Position numbers and translations under genes: made by a program. The notes under the pieces were generated by a model, which searched no databases, was not told the origin of the DNA, and was given only the letters and a program-made list of their open reading frames with translations. A stretch of DNA of 64,000 bases from positions 28,774,437 through 28,838,436 of the forward strand of contig NC_092672.1 of assembly GCF_964355755.1 (NCBI RefSeq), written 5' to 3'. The number at the start of each line of letters is the position of its first letter. The first letter of the stretch is position 1. This DNA comes from Antedon mediterranea (taxonomy: Eukaryota > Animalia > Echinodermata). This document shows, piece by piece, positions 51,740-55,269 of this stretch.

Positions 51740-54618
51740 AGTCGCTATCCAATCGAGTTCGAACAATACCATGGAAGCCCCAGTGGTCTAATGGTTAGGA
51801 CATCTGCATATCAAGCAGGCGGTCCGAGTTCGAGTCTCGGTTGGGGCGACTTTTTCTCATTCTCACAGATTTTCTCATCATTATCGTTTCAAATTAATTA
51901 ATTAAATTTCAGTATATCACCGGGCGGTTTAGAATTAATGTTCTTTGCCTGTTGTGTTTATATATATTTAATATTAATATTTTCTGGCTGTTTACTTTAT
52001 CGTTTTGATTTAGCTTTTCGCTTTTTATTTTTGTATCTCCATTGAGATCCAGCCACTGATACCCACAGCATTGTCATTTTTTTCAGTAATTTGCCTTTGG
52101 ATTTATATATATATATATATATATTTTTGTTTGTATTAATTAATTTTTTTTTTCGTTTAAGAGTGAGTCATCAGGTTTTCCAATATGGGCCATTGTATTG
52201 ATTGTAGTCATAAGCATTTTAATGATGTTCATCTTGTTGGCTTCCTGGTTCAAGGTTTGCCATACCACTAGTAAGTATTATTCAGTTTTTATATAAAATA
52301 TAATAAAGTTTACATATTAATTCAGAATTGAAAGGCAAATAACTGAAAAATGACAATGCTGTGGTTATAAGTGACTGGATCTCAATAAAATACACACGAA
52401 ATAACTAGAAATCTAAAGTAAAACAGCCAGAACAAAATTATAGAGTTTTCGTGTAACACCATCGGCGCAATGAAGTAAATTCCACTGTTGAAAAATCTCT
52501 TCAGTCAGAAAAGACCTCAATTCTGAAAATTAGTAAGCAATGCTGTTTTCCCAATCTTATCAATTTGAATATACATTAGTTAGGTCGAATTTGAGCAGAG
52601 ACTCAAACTCTAGTGTACTTTTAGGTTGATAATGTTTCTCCACTCTTTTTTTACGAACGTGCATCTTGCGTTTCAAGCAGATTTTTTTTATAGATTAAAT
52701 GTCCAGAAAATACCTTCTATCACAAAGATCACCTATTTCGTAAAAAGTGACGAATTAAATTCTAGTTATCAACTTTTTATTTATTGTGAATATATATTAC
52801 TTAATAAATATTTTAATATTACTTATTATTTATTTTTGTGAATATAATTATACTGTGTATGAGTTTTGATTTTTTATGAAACTGTGTAGGCCTATTAATA
52901 TGTTCTATGTTTTTATTTTTAGAATACAACGTTTCTAAAGTAGAGAAAATGTCGCTGACCGATAATATCTCACCAGTTAAAATATCAAGCTTTGCAGATA
53001 ATTGTGAGGAAGAGACTTCACTGACTGTTCTCAATACCAGTGGTGGATCTCAACCATTGTGAGTACTTATCATCCTTTGCTAAATAAATACTAGAACGCC
53101 ACTCCGAGAGTGCATACCTCCGCCTACTGTAAAATTCTTCTACATAAGATTTCACCGGAAAAAAAATATATATATTTATTTTTGTGTCTTAATGTTGTTG
53201 ACTAACAATAGAACAGCAACGCCAAAAATAAACGGGTGAATTTTAAAAGAAATACAATCTCAGTTTACTTGTTACTTTAAGACTGCTCGTCGGCTTTTGA
53301 AAATTGTCTCCAATCTTTTATATACTCAAGAGATATTTAAGCCTGGTTTCATCAGAACAAAATTACTATTGTATTAACTAATACTAAACATCAACAAATT
53401 AAAAAAAAAGATCAAACAATGATTACTGTGTTCTTGTAGAATTTCAATGGATGATTTGCAGTTGTCTATAGACCAGTCTCGGCCATCTTTCAGTCGTAGC
53501 AAGTCTCCAGGTTTTAACACGCCATGTAGAACACCAGAAATATTGGTGAGAGCCTTACCACCAGGCTTTGCTGACGGCGAAACTGAACAAGGTACTTAGC
53601 ATTGTAGGCTCTTTAGTATGTCTGTCTTGATTGGCTTTAGTCTAGTCTTAATATTGTGATTGTAATTTGTAAATTTATAATTCTAATTATTATTTTTAAG
53701 TTAGTCTTCCGTCCTTCCTGTTTTTTCTAACCTCATCATAATTACTCGTTTTATGTCTTTTGTACCGGTAGGTTATACATAATCTCCTCCATTTAGAATG
53801 CTTTTTGCCCTCAAACTTTGATGTATATTGAAAAACGAGTAGTAAAACAAACTTATAATATGTTATTATGTATTATATTTTAAAATACACAGTTATCAGG
53901 TGGAACAACTCGCAAATCTGTTTTCGATACATAACATCAGAGAGGGGCAAACATCTGATTTATCAACTTTCTGAGGAAAAGCAGTATTTCATAGTAGAGA
54001 ATCAATATGCCTAATCACCATTGTTAAACGATTTCAGACGCCTCATTTATAAGTAGTTTATTTTCATCTAAGATGAAAACAAATATACTTACCTTAAAAA
54101 ACAATAAACATCCATGTGATAACTGTGAGATCTATGTAAAACATATTGAATAATAATTAAGTAGGATGATCTAATATAAACATATAAACTAAATTATATA
54201 GTGCTTCCGACGTCTGAATTGAAGCTTAAACAATTGAGTCGATGTTACACTGGCACTAGGCCAGGATTAAACTCCGGACTTTGAAATTGGAAGGCAACTA
54301 CCTACAGCTTCATCACACTTATCAATTGTTGTCTTGTTTTCAGATGTGGAAGATCGAGCCAGTATGCACGTCATGATATGCACTTCTGAAAAGTCACTGA
54401 AAAAGATTGGTTTACTGTCCGTAAATCTAGCTGGAACTCTCAGCACTCTCCGTGCAGATCTGCAGAAAGACCTCGGTAGCAAACTGCTACAACTACCATT
54501 CGCTTTCTTAAGTGAGGGTATGGTAGTTATTGATGGGGCTAGCGAGAAAAAGATGACGGTCCATGAGACATATGCGTCTGACAGTGTGCTCATTCGGTAC
54601 ATTAAATGGCGCAGATAG
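1298..54618 (+). CDS. PKHD1L1: Fibrocystin-L (PKHD1L1)-like giant type I membrane protein, 56 coding exons, ~4,650 aa; four apparent disabling lesions, so possibly a pseudogene or null allele
   Basis: Hand-spliced GT-AG exon chain with consistent phases. Motifs: signal peptide [13 protein letters not shown]; IPT starts ([34 protein letters not shown]); PA14 ([10 protein letters not shown]); G8 ([32 protein letters not shown]); [14 protein letters not shown]; [20 protein letters not shown]; CVDMDCDG; [15 protein letters not shown]; [12 protein letters not shown]; TM helix near the C-terminus. Confidence 0.93.
2295..2940 (-). mobile_element. Highly decayed CR1/L2-like LINE 3' end
   Basis: (GAAAT/GAAT)n tail at 2295-2313 on the minus strand; only fragmentary CR1-like peptide (SHWYEV). 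Confidence 0.35.
3014..3097 (+). CDS. PKHD1L1: exon 2 (IPT/TIG)
   Basis: [27 protein letters not shown]; ag/gt bounds. Confidence 0.88.
3260..4112. mobile_element. Non-autonomous DNA element with repeated subterminal inverted repeats
   Basis: tgtgcaaacaaccacatttgtgcaaacatactgccctcaaa (~3282-3322) is an inverted match to ~4059-4100; internal aaccctaacctaac. Confidence 0.6.
4265..4406 (+). CDS. PKHD1L1: exon 3
   Basis: [19 protein letters not shown]...RIYCDT; ag/gt bounds. Confidence 0.88.
4578..4712. mobile_element. Palindromic MITE, truncated (PIF/Harbinger-like)
   Basis: gcttggatcccactagaacgcaacgcaaggacgtaag end; internal palindrome; related copy at 7024-7320. Confidence 0.55.
4887..4983 (+). 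CDS. PKHD1L1: exon 4
   Basis: [15 protein letters not shown]...CKFE; ag/gt bounds. Confidence 0.85.
5186..5243 (+). CDS. PKHD1L1: exon 5
   Basis: [19 protein letters not shown]; donor gtaagt. Confidence 0.85.
5277..5436. mobile_element. Tourist/Harbinger-like MITE family A, copy 1
   Basis: TIR agct(t/c)tgtctacactatcaaact...agtttgatagtgtagaca; five copies in the window. Confidence 0.8.
5786..5891 (+). CDS. PKHD1L1: exon 6
   Basis: [13 protein letters not shown]...VEIQ; donor gtaagc. Confidence 0.83.
6671..6724 (+). CDS. PKHD1L1: exon 7
   Basis: [17 protein letters not shown]; donor gtaagt. Confidence 0.83.
6912..6979 (+). CDS. PKHD1L1: exon 8
   Basis: [22 protein letters not shown]; donor gtaagt. 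Confidence 0.83.
7024..7320. mobile_element. MITE (family of 4578) carrying a nested MITE at 7041-7228
   Basis: Inner TIR ggctaatttaca/tgtaaattggcc, flanked by TAA at 7038-7040 and 7229-7231. Confidence 0.7.
7563..7886 (-). mobile_element. tRNA-derived SINE with Deu/Nin central domain
   Basis: Minus strand: A box TGGCCGAGCGG, B box GGTTCGAG, core TCGGATAAGGACTATAAACCGTAGGTCC...TTAAAGAACC...GAGTAGGGGGTTACCCCGGTGT, (AAAC)n tail. Confidence 0.85.
8062..8470. mobile_element. Non-autonomous P-superfamily-like DNA transposon
   Basis: 32-bp TIR CAAAGAACTTATAACACAAGAATCTCCTGTTC; 7-bp TSD CTATTAG (8055-8061 and 8471-8477); internal 86-bp tandem duplication at 8168/8254. Confidence 0.8.
8930..9170 (-). 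mobile_element. LINE (CR1/L2-type) APE endonuclease fragment
   Basis: ORF 8883-9074 contains [12 protein letters not shown]. Confidence 0.6.
9487..11898 (+). mobile_element. RTE-clade non-LTR retrotransposon, 5'-truncated and frameshifted
   Basis: EN C-terminus (GERNKRG, WTWKSPN, NQIDYIL); RT ([39 protein letters not shown]); RTE C-terminus WRWAGHVAR...WQPR; frameshifts near 9570, 10300 and 11765. Confidence 0.92.
11974..12450 (+). mobile_element. CR1/L2-group LINE 3' fragment
   Basis: [14 protein letters not shown]...RRRDLC...F; T-rich 3' UTR ending in AATAAA. Confidence 0.8.
12759..12872 (+). CDS. PKHD1L1: exon 9
   Basis: [15 protein letters not shown]...LYLFQLHA; strong acceptor, donor gtaaga. 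Confidence 0.87.
13426..13669 (+). CDS. PKHD1L1: exon 10 (IPT/TIG)
   Basis: [24 protein letters not shown]...[11 protein letters not shown]. Confidence 0.9.
13822..14050 (+). CDS. PKHD1L1: exon 11 (PA14)
   Basis: [32 protein letters not shown]. Confidence 0.9.
14360..14614 (+). CDS. PKHD1L1: exon 12 (PA14)
   Basis: [21 protein letters not shown]...AVNEKQTI. Confidence 0.9.
14865..15950. mobile_element. Mutator/foldback-like non-autonomous DNA transposon
   Basis: ~90-bp TIR gggtgtcacgaaagctcagaccacgaaagctcagacccc...; 10-bp TSD GCTTAG(A/G)AAT with one mismatch; further internal inverted blocks. Confidence 0.85.
16445..16523 (-). repeat. Partial copy of the TA-flanked tRNA-bearing element at 51735-51965
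   Basis: Near-identical inverted match to 51890-51965. Confidence 0.75.
16541..16670 (-). mobile_element. Penelope-like element terminal-repeat fragment (family also at 51981 and 52331)
   Basis: Three homologous copies in the window; this copy retains a CTGATGA...CGAAA core. Confidence 0.6.
16626..16668 (-). ncRNA. Minimal type I hammerhead ribozyme motif (Penelope-type)
   Basis: Minus strand: TTGCA-CTGATGA-A-GGGC-TGGTGTT-GCTC-GAAA-GC-TC-TGCTA. Confidence 0.6.
16849..17080 (+). CDS. PKHD1L1: exon 13; in-frame TAG at 16882 (alternative start 16885) and internal 99-bp duplication
   Basis: [23 protein letters not shown]...[12 protein letters not shown]; phase 0 to phase 1 fits both neighbours. 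Confidence 0.7.
16891..17088 (+). repeat. 99-bp tandem duplication within exon 13
   Basis: Units start at 16891 and 16990; LLI(A/P)[11 protein letters not shown](D/Y)L(D/E)GTFN occurs twice. Confidence 0.9.
17401..17541 (+). CDS. PKHD1L1: exon 14
   Basis: [18 protein letters not shown]...FVIHFPPSS. Confidence 0.85.
18492..18886 (+). CDS. PKHD1L1: exon 15
   Basis: [12 protein letters not shown] motif; ag/gt bounds. Confidence 0.88.
19482..19609 (+). CDS. PKHD1L1: exon 16
   Basis: [19 protein letters not shown]... Confidence 0.83.
19642..19760. mobile_element. Degenerate HINE-type element (family of 32849)
   Basis: aacaaggcca...agtcgcgtg...(ccga)n...catagtgagctat. Confidence 0.6.
20443..20609 (+). 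CDS. PKHD1L1: exon 17
   Basis: WRYTCFDIY...[10 protein letters not shown]. Confidence 0.87.
20763..21059 (+). CDS. PKHD1L1: exon 18
   Basis: NCAYGFPLL...[13 protein letters not shown]. Confidence 0.88.
21487..21641 (+). CDS. PKHD1L1: exon 19
   Basis: [22 protein letters not shown]. Confidence 0.87.
21853..21975 (+). CDS. PKHD1L1: exon 20
   Basis: VNGTSLVG...[15 protein letters not shown]. Confidence 0.88.
22107..22215 (+). CDS. PKHD1L1: exon 21
   Basis: [21 protein letters not shown]. Confidence 0.88.
22992..23201 (+). CDS. PKHD1L1: exon 22 (IPT/TIG)
   Basis: [11 protein letters not shown]...[10 protein letters not shown]...IVC. Confidence 0.88.
23480..23545 (+). CDS. PKHD1L1: exon 23
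   Basis: [21 protein letters not shown]. Confidence 0.85.
24057..24190 (+). CDS. PKHD1L1: exon 24 (IPT/TIG)
   Basis: [12 protein letters not shown]...IHCTLEVQ. Confidence 0.87.
24603..24753 (+). CDS. PKHD1L1: exon 25 (contains RQKR)
   Basis: NESRQKRSL...[15 protein letters not shown]. Confidence 0.85.
25069..25255 (+). CDS. PKHD1L1: exon 26 (IPT/TIG)
   Basis: GGTIVIL...[16 protein letters not shown]. Confidence 0.87.
25366..25950. mobile_element. Helentron-associated non-autonomous element (HINE/DINE-1-like) with an internal tRNA-like segment
   Basis: Subterminal IR ACCTCCGCC (25392) / GGCGGAGGT (25939); terminal hairpin acctcc-ttggc-ggaggt; (CA)n tract; TGACCTT repeats; 5' end repeated at 53091. 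Confidence 0.7.
25510..25581 (+). pseudogene. Degenerate tRNA-like sequence
   Basis: A box TGGTGTAATGG, B box GGTTCAAGCC, followed by a T run; acceptor stem does not pair. Confidence 0.55.
25982..27885. repeat. ~1.9-kb compound trinucleotide repeat (GTT/GCT/ATT/TCT)n in intron 26
   Basis: Directly visible; produces spurious poly-V/L/C/T ORFs. Confidence 0.97.
27891..28132 (+). CDS. PKHD1L1: exon 27 (IPT/TIG)
   Basis: [22 protein letters not shown]...VTNQGKHE. Confidence 0.88.
28733..28918 (+). CDS. PKHD1L1: exon 28 (cupredoxin-like fold)
   Basis: [24 protein letters not shown]. Confidence 0.88.
29149..30828 (+). CDS. PKHD1L1: exon 29 (multiple IPT/TIG); in-frame TAA at 30411-30413
   Basis: ORFs 29277-30413 and 30435-30851 share one frame and continue one IPT domain across the stop ([21 protein letters not shown]). 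Confidence 0.88.
31101..31250 (+). CDS. PKHD1L1: exon 30
   Basis: [15 protein letters not shown]...VTVCGNPC. Confidence 0.88.
31423..31597 (+). CDS. PKHD1L1: exon 31
   Basis: [20 protein letters not shown]. Confidence 0.88.
31927..32080 (+). CDS. PKHD1L1: exon 32
   Basis: [10 protein letters not shown]...IECTTEAH...NIATQ. Confidence 0.87.
32575..32731 (+). CDS. PKHD1L1: exon 33 (start of G8 domain A)
   Basis: [15 protein letters not shown]...[19 protein letters not shown]. Confidence 0.9.
32849..33053. mobile_element. HINE-type non-autonomous element
   Basis: Subterminal IR AGTCGCGTG/CACGCGACT; terminal hairpin agtcgcgt-cc-acgcgact; (GACA/GACC)n microsatellite. Confidence 0.7.
33254..33412. 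mobile_element. PIF/Harbinger (Tourist-like) MITE
   Basis: ~41-bp TIR agccgattttccactaggcgaatttgttcg...; TAA on both flanks (33251 and 33413). Confidence 0.88.
33485..33694 (+). CDS. PKHD1L1: exon 34 (G8 A)
   Basis: [38 protein letters not shown]. Confidence 0.92.
34098..34265 (+). CDS. PKHD1L1: exon 35
   Basis: PVTWTHLA...[20 protein letters not shown]. Confidence 0.9.
34300..34926 (+). mobile_element. CR1/L2-group LINE 3' fragment
   Basis: [13 protein letters not shown]...[14 protein letters not shown]; AATAAA followed by a (GAAT)n tail. Confidence 0.85.
34973..35172 (+). CDS. PKHD1L1: exon 36 (3' end uncertain; no phase-1 donor)
   Basis: [15 protein letters not shown]...IQACKDD; the only nearby GT donors are phase 0 or 2. 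Confidence 0.75.
35287..36939 (+). CDS. PKHD1L1: exon 37 (PbH1 beta-helix)
   Basis: [22 protein letters not shown]...[14 protein letters not shown]; ORF 35364-36947. Confidence 0.93.
37391..38533. mobile_element. MITE family A copy, split by a LINE insertion
   Basis: Left half ends gatgatgtcat (37449); right half resumes atcactaccat (38485). The two are contiguous in the 5277 copy. Confidence 0.8.
37450..38484 (+). mobile_element. L2/Crack-type LINE 3' fragment
   Basis: ORF 37468-38154 ([48 protein letters not shown]); (GAAAT)n tail. Confidence 0.88.
38639..39122. mobile_element. MITE with AGGGAGGTTTCGCAAC termini
   Basis: TIR agggaggtttcgcaac..tacgaatacgataacgaa; ATT on both flanks. Confidence 0.8.
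39580..39828 (+). CDS. PKHD1L1: exon 38
   Basis: [12 protein letters not shown]...[10 protein letters not shown]. Confidence 0.9.
40202..40248. repeat. (ATT)n microsatellite
   Basis: ~15 perfect units. Confidence 0.95.
40317..40568 (+). CDS. PKHD1L1: exon 39 (G8 B)
   Basis: WVVAD...LYIYGTLE...GPNLGAKVL. Confidence 0.9.
41199..41444 (+). CDS. PKHD1L1: exon 40
   Basis: VFGRLEMHG...[20 protein letters not shown]. Confidence 0.9.
42077..42250 (+). CDS. PKHD1L1: exon 41
   Basis: [14 protein letters not shown]...[10 protein letters not shown]. Confidence 0.9.
42588..42821 (+). CDS. PKHD1L1: exon 42
   Basis: [17 protein letters not shown]...[13 protein letters not shown]. Confidence 0.9.
42934..43463 (+). 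CDS. PKHD1L1: exon 43 (PbH1)
   Basis: [11 protein letters not shown]...[11 protein letters not shown]...GTSPFFDC. Confidence 0.9.
43548..45120 (-). mobile_element. Rex1/Babar-like non-LTR retrotransposon, 5'-truncated and frameshifted
   Basis: [58 protein letters not shown]; minus-strand AATAAA followed by an (ATTGA)n tail. Confidence 0.88.
45371..45551 (+). CDS. PKHD1L1: exon 44
   Basis: [19 protein letters not shown]...YPAIAG. Confidence 0.88.
45747..45889. mobile_element. MITE family A copy
   Basis: agctctgtctacacta...tagtgtagacagtgct; TAA on both flanks. Confidence 0.82.
46270..46432 (+). CDS. PKHD1L1: exon 45
   Basis: [12 protein letters not shown]...KVYIHRP. Confidence 0.9.
46799..47037 (+). 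CDS. PKHD1L1: exon 46
   Basis: [14 protein letters not shown]...GVGDYRIPK. Confidence 0.92.
47474..48280 (+). CDS. PKHD1L1: exon 47 (contains KRRKR convertase site)
   Basis: [15 protein letters not shown]...[17 protein letters not shown]...[11 protein letters not shown]. Confidence 0.93.
48399..48600 (+). CDS. PKHD1L1: exon 48
   Basis: [26 protein letters not shown]. Confidence 0.85.
48878..48977 (+). CDS. PKHD1L1: exon 49 (apparently 3'-truncated)
   Basis: [10 protein letters not shown]...[13 protein letters not shown], then runs into a minisatellite; no consensus donor. Confidence 0.65.
48975..49240. repeat. Degenerate minisatellite (ctagtgactaccaaag core)
   Basis: About ten variants of GACTACCAAA at ~20-30 bp spacing. 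Confidence 0.75.
49266..49640 (+). CDS. PKHD1L1: exon 50
   Basis: [16 protein letters not shown]...[11 protein letters not shown]. Confidence 0.88.
49796..49882. mobile_element. MITE family A copy, internally deleted
   Basis: tgtctacactatcaaact...tttgatagtgtagccagagct. Confidence 0.75.
49940..50330 (+). CDS. PKHD1L1: exon 51
   Basis: [10 protein letters not shown]...FHDLSIS...[12 protein letters not shown]. Confidence 0.87.
50463..50584. mobile_element. MITE family A copy, opposite orientation
   Basis: agctctgtctacactatcaaact...tgtagacagagct; internal atatggtagtgata. Confidence 0.78.
50820..50989 (+). CDS. PKHD1L1: exon 52 (SEA-like GSII motif)
   Basis: (G)[11 protein letters not shown]...LTFDGQVL. 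Confidence 0.85.
51252..51683. mobile_element. Kolobok-like non-autonomous DNA transposon
   Basis: TTAA-AGATGTATTGTCCC...GGGACAATACATAT-TTAA. Confidence 0.72.
51777..51848 (+). tRNA. tRNA-like gene, anticodon ATC (Asp), probably repeat-borne rather than a canonical tRNA
   Basis: Complete cloverleaf: GCCCCAG/TTGGGGC, GTCT/GGAC, TCTGC-ATATCAA-GCAGG, CCGAG-TTCGAGT-CTCGG; discriminator G; TTTTT 2 nt downstream. Confidence 0.6.
51981..52098 (+). repeat. Penelope-like repeat fragment, inverted relative to the copies at 52331 and 16541
   Basis: Reverse complement aligns with 52331-52432 and 16541-16620. Confidence 0.75.
52162..52270 (+). CDS. PKHD1L1: exon 53 (transmembrane helix)
   Basis: [36 protein letters not shown]; donor gtaagt. 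Confidence 0.87.
52331..52465 (-). repeat. Penelope-like repeat fragment with decayed hammerhead end
   Basis: aaaggcaaataactgaaaaatgacaatgctgtgg...agagttttcgtgtaacacc. Confidence 0.7.
52923..53058 (+). CDS. PKHD1L1: exon 54 (cytoplasmic)
   Basis: Open frame, phase 1 to phase 2, donor gtgagt. Confidence 0.75.
53091..53160. mobile_element. Terminal fragment of the 25366 HINE family
   Basis: actccgagagtgcatacctccgcctactgtaaaattc matches 25377-25415. Confidence 0.7.
53440..53591 (+). CDS. PKHD1L1: exon 55 (cytoplasmic, S/T-P rich)
   Basis: [18 protein letters not shown]...LPPGF; phase 2 to phase 1. Confidence 0.75.
54344..54618 (+). CDS. PKHD1L1: exon 56 (terminal; possible ubiquitin-like domain)
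   Basis: Strong acceptor, ORF 54334-54618, stop TAG; AATAAA downstream at 54886. Confidence 0.75.
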
Positions 54619-54885
54619 AATGGTGCCGTTATAAAAGAACATGAATGTCAACAAATTTTAGTTTTTAACAAAACAATATTATTAGGCGTAATTAGGACAT
54701 TAATTACGTTATACGAAAATATTTGTCTTGTGATTCAGAGTATACACAGGGAAGAGTGAAATTACAATAATGTTATTTTACTCTTCCTTTGTATAAATAA
54801 TGTAAATTATAAACCATTAACTGACATTAATTGTGTGGTGAAGTATAAGCTTGAAGTTTTGAATTGAATGTCATCCTTTATTTCA

Positions 54886-54891
54886 AATAAA
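54886..54891 (+). terminator. Candidate polyadenylation signal of the PKHD1L1-like gene
   Basis: AATAAA ~270 nt after the stop codon. Confidence 0.45.
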
Positions 54892-54976
54892 AAACATATT
54901 AAGAATGTAACAAACATGCCAGGCCACAGTTTGGAGGACCAAGCATAATATGCAGGACAAAACAAGACAACAAATC

Positions 54977-55230
54977 GGGTAACAAAAGATTTGATAGAGG
55001 GATACGGCCTACACCTATTGGTTGGTCTATTTTATAATCTACGTAATGCTGGTTTTTAATTGGATGTTGGGTAACAAAAGAACTTACAGCATTCATTTGT
55101 CGCAATTGATAGAGCGATACCTCCTACACTTGGTATGTGTGTTTATACAGTGCGTAAATCCGGCTTTTGATTGGCTGGTTGGTACCAAAAGAACTTACCG
55201 AGATCATGTGTTGCAATTGATAGAGCGATG
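54977..55230 (+). repeat. Degenerate ~110-bp tandem repeat upstream of the LINE ORF2
   Basis: ggta(a/c)caaaaga...ttgatagag(g/c)gat recurs at ~54977, 55069 and 55181. Confidence 0.7.
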
Positions 55231-55269
55231 TGTTTATCGTCGCAGTACTGTAAAACTAATTAATAACTA

